A DNA stretch of 64,000 nucleotides, from assembly GCA_050294405.1 (NCBI GenBank), contig JBNKOC010000025.1, positions 64,001 to 128,000 of the forward strand, in the 5' to 3' direction. Position numbers and translations under genes: made by a program. A model generated the notes under the pieces. The model saw only the letters and a program-made list of their open reading frames with translations. It was not told the DNA's origin and did no database searches. The DNA is from Fibrobacteria bacterium (GTDB lineage Bacteria; Fibrobacterota; Fibrobacteria; UBA11236; JADFYW01). Of this stretch, positions 31,522 through 40,175 are shown piece after piece; position 1 is the stretch's first letter, and every line of letters begins with the position of its first letter.

Positions 31522-32139
31522 ATGTCCCATAGATATTTACAACGCGTTTGCCCCAATTTGGGAATAAATTTTCTTTTGGCCCTCTTTTTAGTGTCCACTA
31601 GCATCTCTTATGGCCTGGATAAAACAAAAATCAACCAATGGTATTTTGATGGCGAATTTGAGAAAGTGCGGGATTCGCTGGAAACATACAGAAAATCAGG
31701 CGAGCTCTTATCCCGGGACGATTCCATTTATGTCTACAAACATCTAAGTGTGGTTTACGCTGCTAAGGAAGAAAGCAGGGAAAAAGCCGAAAGTTATATG
31801 TATCAGTTGCTGAAGTTGGTGCCCACCATTGATTTAATCGATATGTATATATCCGATAATATCGAAAGCATTTTTAATAAAGTAAAAGAACGCTACCAGC
31901 GCTTAAATCAGGAACCCCGGGAAAAAGAGAATCTCCAAGCAGCCGACCTATCAAATACTTCTGCCGCTACTCAAATGAAATTAAATAAGTCGACTCCAGC
32001 ATCTGGGCCTAAAAAAAACAAATCCTGGATATGGTGGACAGCAGGAGGTACGGGTGTGGCAGCCTTGGTTACTTTGTTTATTATTTCCGGTTCCAATGGA
32101 GATTCGCCCACCCAAACTACTTATGAATTGGATTTGTAA
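31522..32139 (+). CDS. Exported TPR-like protein with C-terminal membrane anchor
   Basis: Signal peptide, helical hairpins (YFDGEFEK..YKHLSVVYA), low-complexity linker, then KKNKSWIWWTAGGTGVAALVTLFII. Confidence 0.65.
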   Translation: MSHRYLQRVCPNLGINFLLALFLVSTSISYGLDKTKINQWYFDGEFEKVRDSLETYRKSGELLSRDDSIYVYKHLSVVYAAKEESREKAESYMYQLLKLVPTIDLIDMYISDNIESIFNKVKERYQRLNQEPREKENLQAADLSNTSAATQMKLNKSTPASGPKKNKSWIWWTAGGTGVAALVTLFIISGSNGDSPTQTTYELDL

Positions 32140-34912
32140 TACATTTCGAAATCTGCGTCCTGCAATGGGGGAATTCTCTTCTCTTTGTTTGGGGCCTGGG
32201 ATGTTTGTTTTATTTGCTTTGTGCTTTCAAGGTTGTGAAAATGGGGTTTCCACAGACAATATTTCAAAATTAAAAGTGAATTTTCCCGATACTCTCCAGG
32301 TTGAACTGGATAGCCTGGTCTTGATTTTAAAAAAAAATCCACAGGATAGTGGCTACATCCAACGAGAATCCAGGGCCGTTGAAAAGAATGAAAATCAAAT
32401 TGAAATTATATTAAATGCAGAACTGGGAAATGATTTTTATCTGGAGGTTATGGGTTATTCATCTGGAGAATTGGTTTACCACCAGGCCAGAAATATTGAG
32501 TTGGATGGCAAAAAACTTAAAATTGTTGAAGAGTTTCAATTACTGGAACCAGAAAACAAAGTTCCCAGTTTTCAAATTACAGCCCAACCTCAGGACCAAT
32601 ACGCCAACAAAAACCAAACTGTATTTTTTAATATAGAAATTGATAGCCTGGAAGGGGCCCAGTTTCAATGGCAAAAAAGCAAGCAAAATATTCAAGGGGC
32701 GGATAGCTCATCCTTGGAATATAAAAACTCCGGGAGCGAAGATAATGGGGTAGGATTTCGTGCGATTGTTATTCGCAAGGGGTTTAAAGATACCAGTGTT
32801 ACGGCGTACTTATATGTTAATGAAGTGCCAAATTTGTCGGTGCCCCTGGCTGAAGATGACAGCTTGCGAATTTTAGAAGAGGACAGTATTACTTTTGCGG
32901 CTTCAGAATTTACCCAAAATGATACGGACGGTGATGAGGATTTGCTGGTGCTCTCTCAACTGTTTTTTACAAATAATTTAAAAGGCCAAATTAGCGGCGG
33001 TAACATCACTCTGGTTTCCGCAGAAGATTTTAATGGTCTGGATACGCTCGTATACATAGTCAGTGACGGCAAGGGAGGTTATGATACTGCCAATGTTTAT
33101 GTTACGGTGGAAGCTGTAAACGACTCTCCTCTATTAGCGCCTTTGGATACCTTGCTGGTAAAAGAAAATGAGGAATTGATTTTTGAAATAAGCGCAACAG
33201 ATAAGGAAGATGATTCTCTTTTTTATACCCTCTTGGAGGGGCCTGGCACCTTAAAATTAGATAGCCTGACTGGTCAAGTAAACTGGTTGCCTGGGTTGGA
33301 TGATGCGGGGCTGCAAAAAATTACAGTTGAAGTAAGAGATAATGGCAACCCGGTTTTAAAAGACAGCGCTGATTTTTGGATTAATGTTGCGAACTACAAC
33401 ATCCCCTCCATAGGATTTTCTGTTTCTTCACTATCGGGAACAGAAAAAGATTCCGCGGGAATCACCCTTTTGTTGTCACAGGCAGCTAGCAGACAAATTT
33501 ATGTTTCTTTAAAAATCTCCGGGTCTGCCACTGTGGGAGAAGATTATAGCCTATCAGATAGCGTGTTTGTATTTGAAGAAGGGGAAACTTCCAAATCTTT
33601 AACCATATACGTGGTGGACGACGATAGAGAAGAAGGGTTGGAATCTATAGTACTTTCTTTCGATTCTCTTTTTAATGTGGAAAAGGGTGCTATAAATCAA
33701 CTGAATTACAGCTTGGAAGACGATGAAAAAATACCTGCTGGAGTAATTGTGGTAGATGGTTCCATTTCCACAGATAGTGGCAATGGTTTGTCCTGGGCCA
33801 GTGCCTTTAAAAGTTTGTCGGCGGCTTTAGAGGCAGGTTGGGGTAATGGGGCTTCCAGCAATAAACCCTCCCAAATATGGATTGCCAAGGGAAGTTATTT
33901 TCCAGGAGAATCCGCAGACGACAGCTATTTTCTTCCCGGGAATGTTGCCATATATGGCGGGTTTTCAGGTGGGGAAAGTGAGCTTTCCCAGAGAAATTTT
34001 AGGGAAAATTTCAGTATTCTGTCTGGCATGCTTCCTGGTGGGGATACGGCTAGACATATTGCACTTATGGGAAGCCCCGGCGAGGTGATTTTAGATGGGC
34101 TTCAATTTAAAAATGCTTGGGCCAGAGGAAGTGGTTCTAGCAGTATTGAAAGTAAAAACTGGCGAAACAATGCGGGTGCAGGTATTTACGTCTCCGGTTC
34201 TACGGCAGTAATTAGAAATTGTCTATTTGCCAATAATACAGCCAACTCGGGTGCGGCTATTTATGTATCCGATGGGGACTCGGTTACAGTGGAGAATAGC
34301 TATTTCATGGAAAATTCCGGAAATAACGTGTTTGAAGGAGTTTCTTTCGCCATTGTAAATAGTGTATTTACCAATAACCTGGCTACTGCCATAACCATTC
34401 AAGAGTCCGATTTGGATTGGGCATACAGCAATATATCGCACTGCGTTTTTTATAAAAATGGGGATACCGATAAAAATGCTCCAGGGGCATTTGATATATA
34501 CGACAATGGGTCTTATAGCAATTACACAACCATTATCAATAGCATAATCTGGGAGAACGGCAATATTTTGATGGAAGCTTCCCAAATGATGTTTCGCAAC
34601 GGAGCCCAACCCAGTATTTCTAATAGCGTTGCCTTTGGCCAATATACCGGGGCGTTTAAGCATATGGACGAGTTTTCCAATGTATCCTGGTCCCAAATTA
34701 TTTCTGACAATCCCAAATTTTTAAATCCGGCAAATCCTCATGGTGAAGATGGCGTTTTATTTACGGCGGATGATGGACTGAATTTAGCTTCGGATAGTCC
34801 CGCTATTGATGCCATTGACGGGGTTTTGGGTGATTTAGAGCCAGAATTTGATATATTGGGTTTACCACGTGTCCAGGGTGAAGGAGCGGATATGGGTGCT
34901 TATGAACAATAA
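32123..34912 (+). CDS. Large surface lipoprotein: Ig-like, cadherin-like repeats, Calx-beta and C-terminal beta-helix
   Basis: Lipobox FQG-C; ITAQPQDQ..FQWQK; AEDD..VNDSP; VVDDDREEGLE; GLSWASAFKSL..IWIAKG..YGGF; DSPAIDA..DMGAYEQ tail. Start uncertain (32054, 32123 or 32165). Confidence 0.78.
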   Translation: MNWICNTFRNLRPAMGEFSSLCLGPGMFVLFALCFQGCENGVSTDNISKLKVNFPDTLQVELDSLVLILKKNPQDSGYIQRESRAVEKNENQIEIILNAELGNDFYLEVMGYSSGELVYHQARNIELDGKKLKIVEEFQLLEPENKVPSFQITAQPQDQYANKNQTVFFNIEIDSLEGAQFQWQKSKQNIQGADSSSLEYKNSGSEDNGVGFRAIVIRKGFKDTSVTAYLYVNEVPNLSVPLAEDDSLRILEEDSITFAASEFTQNDTDGDEDLLVLSQLFFTNNLKGQISGGNITLVSAEDFNGLDTLVYIVSDGKGGYDTANVYVTVEAVNDSPLLAPLDTLLVKENEELIFEISATDKEDDSLFYTLLEGPGTLKLDSLTGQVNWLPGLDDAGLQKITVEVRDNGNPVLKDSADFWINVANYNIPSIGFSVSSLSGTEKDSAGITLLLSQAASRQIYVSLKISGSATVGEDYSLSDSVFVFEEGETSKSLTIYVVDDDREEGLESIVLSFDSLFNVEKGAINQLNYSLEDDEKIPAGVIVVDGSISTDSGNGLSWASAFKSLSAALEAGWGNGASSNKPSQIWIAKGSYFPGESADDSYFLPGNVAIYGGFSGGESELSQRNFRENFSILSGMLPGGDTARHIALMGSPGEVILDGLQFKNAWARGSGSSSIESKNWRNNAGAGIYVSGSTAVIRNCLFANNTANSGAAIYVSDGDSVTVENSYFMENSGNNVFEGVSFAIVNSVFTNNLATAITIQESDLDWAYSNISHCVFYKNGDTDKNAPGAFDIYDNGSYSNYTTIINSIIWENGNILMEASQMMFRNGAQPSISNSVAFGQYTGAFKHMDEFSNVSWSQIISDNPKFLNPANPHGEDGVLFTADDGLNLASDSPAIDAIDGVLGDLEPEFDILGLPRVQGEGADMGAYEQ

Positions 34913-34924
34913 CGGGTATACATT

Positions 34925-36895
34925 ATGGCAACTGAATTGAATTATAAAGAAGGCGAAGTAATCGCCAACAAATATGTAATTGAATCATTTTTGGAACGCA
35001 GTTCTTCCGGCCAATGTTATTTGTGCAGCGAAAATTACAGCCAGGAAAAAATGTGCGTCAAACTGTATAATGCCACCTTTTCCCAGGAATTGCTTTCCAG
35101 CCCGAATTTTTTTCTAAAAGCGGGGGCCACTACTCAAGTGGAACATCCTAACATGGTAAAAGTGTTTGAGATTAACAGCGAAGTCAACCAGGTTTATGTG
35201 GCCAGGCAATATGTTAAAGGTGCCAATCTAGCTGAATGGAAGTCCCAATTTCCAGATAGTGGTGAAACCCGGAAAAAGGCTGTGGAAATTATTTGGCAGG
35301 CGGCTCAGGGTTTGTCCGCCATTCACGAACAGGGCAAACACTTCCAGCTTCATCCCCACAACATTATTGTGGGGGAATTAGGCGCAATAATTACAGACTG
35401 GGATCCTCGGGGAATGACTGATGTTGACATCAATAAATATATGCCTGTGCTTTCACTTTATGAAGGGTACCGGGCTCCTGAATTTTTGCAATCAAGAACA
35501 GAAGTTTATCCCAATGCTGATTTGTACAGTTTGGGCGCGGCACTTTACTTTTTATTAACTGGGTTTCATCCGGAAGTTGGAAAAGGCCGGGAGAGCTTAA
35601 AGGTTTCCAAAATGCCACAAAAGGCCATAGATTTTTTAATGAGGGCTATGGATCCCAACCCAGGTAAACGCTTTCAGGATGTACTGAGCTTTTCAGATGA
35701 GCTTTGGAATTTAACGGATGTTATGGATTCTGTGTCACCGGAATCTGCGGGTTTACCCACTCCCGAAACAAACCAAAGTTCCTCTGGATTTGACAACTCC
35801 GGTTTGAGCGGGGACGACCCTTTTTCAAGCTTAGAGGCTTCCTTTGCCGATGATGGCCCGGTTGCCAACTCCCCCCCTCCAGTGCCACCTTCAGCTCCAC
35901 CAAAATACCCGCCACGACAAACTCCTATTCCAGAAACCCCAAAAGCCTCTTTTTCTCAAAAGGCGTTTTTTGAAAGCCAAAAAACCATTGTGGATAATTC
36001 CTTTTCCAAATCAAATACATCCCAAAACGATTCGGGTGGATTTTTTTCTTCCTTAGAGGGTGGGTCTGCTAGCCCTCCTGCGCCGAAAAAAAATCCCAAT
36101 AAATTTTCTTTGGAAGAAAAAGAATACGGGGTTTCTCAAAATCAAACTCAAGCCAGCTATACCATGTTCGGATTTAAAGGCATACAGGGCGGACATACAG
36201 TTGTGCAACCATCTGAAAATGGAAAAAAAGCCAGGAACTGGATTTTAGTTGGTTTGGCTGCGGTAGGGGGAACGGCATTTGTTATTATCCTGGCTTTGTT
36301 AATACATCAGGTTTTAAACAAGGATGGGGCAGATGCCTCTCTTAAAGAGGACGAAAGCTCTTTGCAATTAGGTGGGGGATTGTCCGAAACAGAGGATGTT
36401 GCTGATGCTTCTGCCTTTGAAGAGCCATTGGAAGAACCTGAAAACACAATGGATGCTTCAGCTGAAGAAGCCTTGGATGACATGGACAAGGCCACCCAGG
36501 AATTTATATCTTCCTCATCAACCGATAAAAACACCAGTGCGGCTAGCGAACCCACAAGCAAATACAAAGGCAATTACAAAGTAAGCGCAGAACGGGAAAC
36601 CCAGATAATGAAAATGTATGCCACGGGTAAATGGCCATCCAGCGCGGGGGAGTGCTTAGCCATGGCCGATGATTTAAACGATTTGTCCAGAGTGCGGGAA
36701 GCGAACCGTTTTTACAACCAGGCTTTGGAATATGGGGATGTTAGTTTTAAAGAAAAGTTGCACGCCTATGGAGCTCTGGGAATTACCTATAAAAAGTTAG
36801 GTGATGTATCTAAGGCGAAAGAATCTTTTCAAGCCCTTTTAAGCTTGGATGCCAGCAATAGCTTTGCCCAAAAGCAACTTTCATTGTTGCCCTGA
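34925..36895 (+). CDS. Membrane-anchored Ser/Thr kinase-fold protein (probable pseudokinase) with C-terminal TPR
   Basis: CVK, EHPN, YRAPE, ADLYSLG, DPNPGKRF; Pro/Ser-rich linker; TM WILVGLAAVGG..; TPR AYGALGITYKKLG. Confidence 0.82.
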   Translation: MATELNYKEGEVIANKYVIESFLERSSSGQCYLCSENYSQEKMCVKLYNATFSQELLSSPNFFLKAGATTQVEHPNMVKVFEINSEVNQVYVARQYVKGANLAEWKSQFPDSGETRKKAVEIIWQAAQGLSAIHEQGKHFQLHPHNIIVGELGAIITDWDPRGMTDVDINKYMPVLSLYEGYRAPEFLQSRTEVYPNADLYSLGAALYFLLTGFHPEVGKGRESLKVSKMPQKAIDFLMRAMDPNPGKRFQDVLSFSDELWNLTDVMDSVSPESAGLPTPETNQSSSGFDNSGLSGDDPFSSLEASFADDGPVANSPPPVPPSAPPKYPPRQTPIPETPKASFSQKAFFESQKTIVDNSFSKSNTSQNDSGGFFSSLEGGSASPPAPKKNPNKFSLEEKEYGVSQNQTQASYTMFGFKGIQGGHTVVQPSENGKKARNWILVGLAAVGGTAFVIILALLIHQVLNKDGADASLKEDESSLQLGGGLSETEDVADASAFEEPLEEPENTMDASAEEALDDMDKATQEFISSSSTDKNTSAASEPTSKYKGNYKVSAERETQIMKMYATGKWPSSAGECLAMADDLNDLSRVREANRFYNQALEYGDVSFKEKLHAYGALGITYKKLGDVSKAKESFQALLSLDASNSFAQKQLSLLP

Positions 36896-36902
36896 TTTCG
36901 GC

Positions 36903-37427
36903 TTAGAGATTTAGCTTCAAATGCCCGTTTTCGATTTCAATGCATAGTTTAAGCAAGGCATAACCCGCGGTGCCTCGAACCAGCTCTCCACTTAAGGTTC
37001 GCGTTAAGGCTTCATCAATGGGGATAGCGGCAATTTCCATAATACTTTCCTCGCCGTCGGGGTTTGGCAATTTGGAAGGTTCCAATTGGGTTGCGATGGC
37101 AAAGTACTGGGTAATATTAATGGTTCCAGTTTGCTTGATTTCAAAGTAGGGAGTAATTGTCCGGGCTTTAAAGCCAATTTCTTCTTGCAGCTCCCGGTTA
37201 ACATTGCCCGAATAATCGTATTCGTATTCGTAAAAACCGGTGACGGGTTTCCAACGGATGCTCGGCTTTTCGTGTACCCGGTTTTCTTTGATAATTAGAA
37301 TATTCCCTTTGTTGTCAAAGGGAAATATGGTCATGGCATCCCGAATATAGGCTCGTTCATAAATTTCTCCGTTTATTTCCTCTTCGGATACCTGAAGAAA
37401 ATTTCCCTTATAAACATATTCTTCCAT
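36903..37427 (-). CDS. Nudix hydrolase (ADP-ribose pyrophosphatase-like)
   Basis: VYKGNFLQV and the Nudix box half RELQEEIG. Confidence 0.8.
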   Translation of the reverse strand: MEEYVYKGNFLQVSEEEINGEIYERAYIRDAMTIFPFDNKGNILIIKENRVHEKPSIRWKPVTGFYEYEYDYSGNVNRELQEEIGFKARTITPYFEIKQTGTINITQYFAIATQLEPSKLPNPDGEESIMEIAAIPIDEALTRTLSGELVRGTAGYALLKLCIEIENGHLKLNL

Positions 37428-37568
37428 TTTGCCTGCCCCGCTTTAGCCTTTTTAGCTAATATGGAAAAAACTTCCAGTATATCAAAGACAGAAAGTTTAC
37501 TGGCAGCATGCGGCCTTCGTTATTGTTATATTGGCCAAATAAAAAATTGCCCAAAGAGGGAGGAAAAC

Positions 37569-37883
37569 ATGCATTGGATTTTTTTGTTTACAGCCATTAT
37601 ATTTGAGGTGACTGCCACTTCGTTTTTAAAGTTTTCCCACGGTTGGACAAAACTTATTCCCTCTATAATGGCTATTATTTTTTTCCCTATCAGCACTATG
37701 ATTTACTCACTGGCGCTAAAGCGCATTGATATTTCCATTGCCTATGCCCTCTGGTCGGGAATTGGGACAACTCTGATGGCTGTTGTGGGTTGGTGGGTTT
37801 TTAAAGAAAATCTATCTCTGCAAAAAATGGGGTTTATGAGCCTTATTATCATTGGAATTGTAGGACTTCGGTTTAGCAATTAG
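37569..37883 (+). CDS. Small multidrug resistance (SMR, EmrE/Qac-type) transporter
   Basis: 104 aa, four TMs, membrane Glu in AIIFEVTAT, IAYALWSGIG; strong SD GAGGGAGG before ATG 37569. Confidence 0.92.
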   Translation: MHWIFLFTAIIFEVTATSFLKFSHGWTKLIPSIMAIIFFPISTMIYSLALKRIDISIAYALWSGIGTTLMAVVGWWVFKENLSLQKMGFMSLIIIGIVGLRFSN

Positions 37884-38013
37884 AGCCTATATTAAAAAGT
37901 CAGATTCTAAATATTCTAAAATCCTGCTCTTAAAAAATATCAAAAAACTCTATTTTTATTCCAAAAATGGGAATTTTCTTCCATTATTAACCCTTTTGGG
38001 ATAAAATGGAAGT

Positions 38014-38202
38014 ATGGGAATATGGCAAGCAATTGCATGGGCTGTGGCTAGCAGTATTTGCTTATCTGCCGGTAGTTTTTTCTGGGCGGTTCGCACTCAG
38101 GGAAGGCGCTCCGGGCATAATCAATTTATGGTAAAGCTACTTCCTATGCCAAAGCGCTACGCAGCGTTAAGAAAGATAAACCGCAACGCTGAATTGCGTT
38201 AG
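38014..38202 (+). CDS. Putative small membrane protein (62 aa)
   Basis: Fills an otherwise empty gap; N-terminal hydrophobic helix plus basic tail; TAAAAT 6 nt before the ATG. Confidence 0.45.
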   Translation: MGIWQAIAWAVASSICLSAGSFFWAVRTQGRRSGHNQFMVKLLPMPKRYAALRKINRNAELR

Positions 38203-38225
38203 CCGGTATAAAACAATTAAAGCCG

Positions 38226-39839
38226 CTATACAGCAGCCTTAATTTGTTCCAGGTATTCTTTTTCTGTTTTTCTATAAGACTCCCGGAATCCTTTAAGAGC
38301 CTTAACATTTTCTTCAATGGGACTAACATATTGAGATTCGTCCGAAGGCACATAATCTTTAACAATGTCCGTCCATTCACATGGAGCCGCTGAAGCTTTG
38401 TTAAAAGCATGATGGGCTCGGAGTGCTGCGCCCAGCCCTGCGGCATTTGTTGTGGTTTGTCTGGCCACCTTAGCGTTAAATACATCGGCCATAACCTGCA
38501 GGATTTCTTTGTTGGAAGAAGCGCCCCCAGTAACATATATGATTTGAGGGGCTTCGCCCATCCATTCAGAGTGCAGGGCCATGCTTGTCATTTGAGCTTC
38601 TACCACAGCGCGGATGTGTTCGGCGGCGCCGGCATTATCAAGGTTGTATTTTTGAACCCCGCTCACAGGGACCCGAGGCACAATTTCCGTATCGAAATAA
38701 GGCAGTATAATACATCCGTTATTTCCCGCGGGCCTTTGGTTTAGGTGTTTGGAAAACTCGTCCCAACTGGCGCCAAATTCATCTTTAATATTTTCCCGGG
38801 CCAGACTGCCGTTTTTATAACAGGCCAAAACCATATAATCTCCCGCTGGGCTGCCGAATACATGGGAGGCTCCCGTGGGGTCTGTATTGGGATTTTTCAT
38901 GGCGGCAAAAAGAGTGTCGCTGGTGCCCAAAGAAATTCCAATTCTGCCGGGAACCACGAGGCCCAATCCAATCAAACTGCTGGGATTATCTCCTGTGCCA
39001 GGTAATATTTCGCAATCTGCAGCTACAGAATATTTTTCCACAAAATAATTTGAAACTTTACCGCAAATGGCATCAGAGGGAGTCACACTAAAAAGTTTTT
39101 GGCCAAGATCCGGTGCGGTGGCTCGTAAGGCATCGGCGCTCCAGGCTTTGGAACGGATGTCCATCAGGTTCATCCCAGCTCCATCTCCAGGGTCTATCCC
39201 CACAATTTTTCCAGCTAAAATGCTGGGTACAAAACTGGAAACCAAACAAATATGTTGTGTTTCCTGGTAGCCTTTTGAGTCTTGTTTGTAAAACTTGCGG
39301 ATTTGCGGTCCGGTGAAACGCTCAAAACATTCGGAACCGGTTATTTCGCAGACTGATTTGGGGCCACCTAAAACTTCTGTGATTTCGGCGCATTCTTCAC
39401 TGGTGCTTGAATCCATCCAGATAGGGGACAATTCTCGGGAATAGGCATTTGCCAATTGCTCGGCGAGGTTTTTTTGCGGGGTTAAATTCGCCAGGATGCT
39501 ATCGGCACTGCTATTTAGATAAACACTTCCGTGTTGTTGGCCCGAGACTCCAATAGCTTTTAGTTTGCTCAGGGAAATGTTGGCATCAAGCATTTTTTGG
39601 AAAATCAAATCCAGAGCTTCTACCCACATTTGAGGAGGGCTAAAAGCTTCACCAATTCCCTTGCTGTCAGGTAGCACACCATTTTTTACGCCGTATTTTC
39701 CAAAATTTTCCTGAAAATTAATGCTGGTTTCGTAGATGATTTTTGACGAAAACCCGGTAGAATTTGCTTCCACTTCAATTATAGTGGCGCTTAAACTTTG
39801 CGTGGAACTGTCCAAACCTAGAAAGTGCTGCACTGCCAT
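38226..39839 (-). CDS. xylB: Xylulokinase, FGGY family, eukaryote (XYLB/XKS1)-like type
   Basis: LGLDSSTQSL, SGQQHGSVY, PIWMDSST, ERFTGPQIRK, LVSSF, GDNPSSL, SLGTSDT, YKNGSLARE; SD AGGAGA before ATG 39839. Confidence 0.85.
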   Translation of the reverse strand: MAVQHFLGLDSSTQSLSATIIEVEANSTGFSSKIIYETSINFQENFGKYGVKNGVLPDSKGIGEAFSPPQMWVEALDLIFQKMLDANISLSKLKAIGVSGQQHGSVYLNSSADSILANLTPQKNLAEQLANAYSRELSPIWMDSSTSEECAEITEVLGGPKSVCEITGSECFERFTGPQIRKFYKQDSKGYQETQHICLVSSFVPSILAGKIVGIDPGDGAGMNLMDIRSKAWSADALRATAPDLGQKLFSVTPSDAICGKVSNYFVEKYSVAADCEILPGTGDNPSSLIGLGLVVPGRIGISLGTSDTLFAAMKNPNTDPTGASHVFGSPAGDYMVLACYKNGSLARENIKDEFGASWDEFSKHLNQRPAGNNGCIILPYFDTEIVPRVPVSGVQKYNLDNAGAAEHIRAVVEAQMTSMALHSEWMGEAPQIIYVTGGASSNKEILQVMADVFNAKVARQTTTNAAGLGAALRAHHAFNKASAAPCEWTDIVKDYVPSDESQYVSPIEENVKALKGFRESYRKTEKEYLEQIKAAV

Positions 39840-39964
39840 TTTTTTAGTTCTCCTATTGTGAATACTTAAAGGTTCACGACCCCACTCCAAAGGTAAATAT
39901 TTTTTTAAAACTGGCCATAAAATGCCTCAAAGCCCATGAAATTTTGCAATATTCTGTACAGGGC

Positions 39965-39993
39965 TTGATGCAAATTCTTTGTATAATTACTAT
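39965..39993 (+). promoter_or_regulatory. Candidate sigma70 promoter for tRNA-His (and possibly secDF)
   Basis: TTGATG-N17-TACTAT followed by a GC-rich discriminator GCCCGGCG. Confidence 0.55.
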
Positions 39994-40004
39994 TTGCCCG
40001 GCGT

Positions 40005-40081
40005 GGTGATTGTAGCTCAGTTGGCAGAGCAATGGATTGTGGTTCCATGGGTCGTGGGTTCAAATCCCACCATTCACCCCA
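40005..40081 (+). tRNA. tRNA-His (GUG)
   Basis: Cloverleaf: encoded G-1, D arm GCTC/GAGC, anticodon arm ATGGA-TTGTGGT-TCCAT, T arm GTGGG-TTCAAAT-CCCAC, C73 and encoded CCA. Confidence 0.97.
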
Positions 40082-40175
40082 ATTTTTGATCAAGAGCTGC
40101 TTTTTTCTACATTCTCCCCGGATTTGAAAAAAGTAGTCAATTTGATTTTTCCTTTAGTTTAAACAGGAACCCTTC

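Noticed and set aside
37214..37235. Short tandem repeat (TCGTAT)n in the Nudix gene
   Set aside because: About three in-frame hexamer units encoding YEYEY; too short to suggest phase variation.
37428..37568. Guanidine riboswitch before the SMR gene, and the track's 36-aa N-terminal extension
   Set aside because: No paired ACGR hairpins or ykkC motif seen; the protein looks EmrE/Qac-type; the strong SD supports ATG 37569.
39905..40093. 62-aa minus-strand ORF (WGEWWDLNPRP)
   Set aside because: Antisense translation of tRNA-His, a well-known spurious ORF type.
40082..40175. Possible island integration at the tRNA-His 3' end
   Set aside because: secDF follows directly; I saw no integrase or duplicated tRNA 3' fragment. 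The 11-bp stem (40097-40136) has an 18-nt loop and is a poor terminator.
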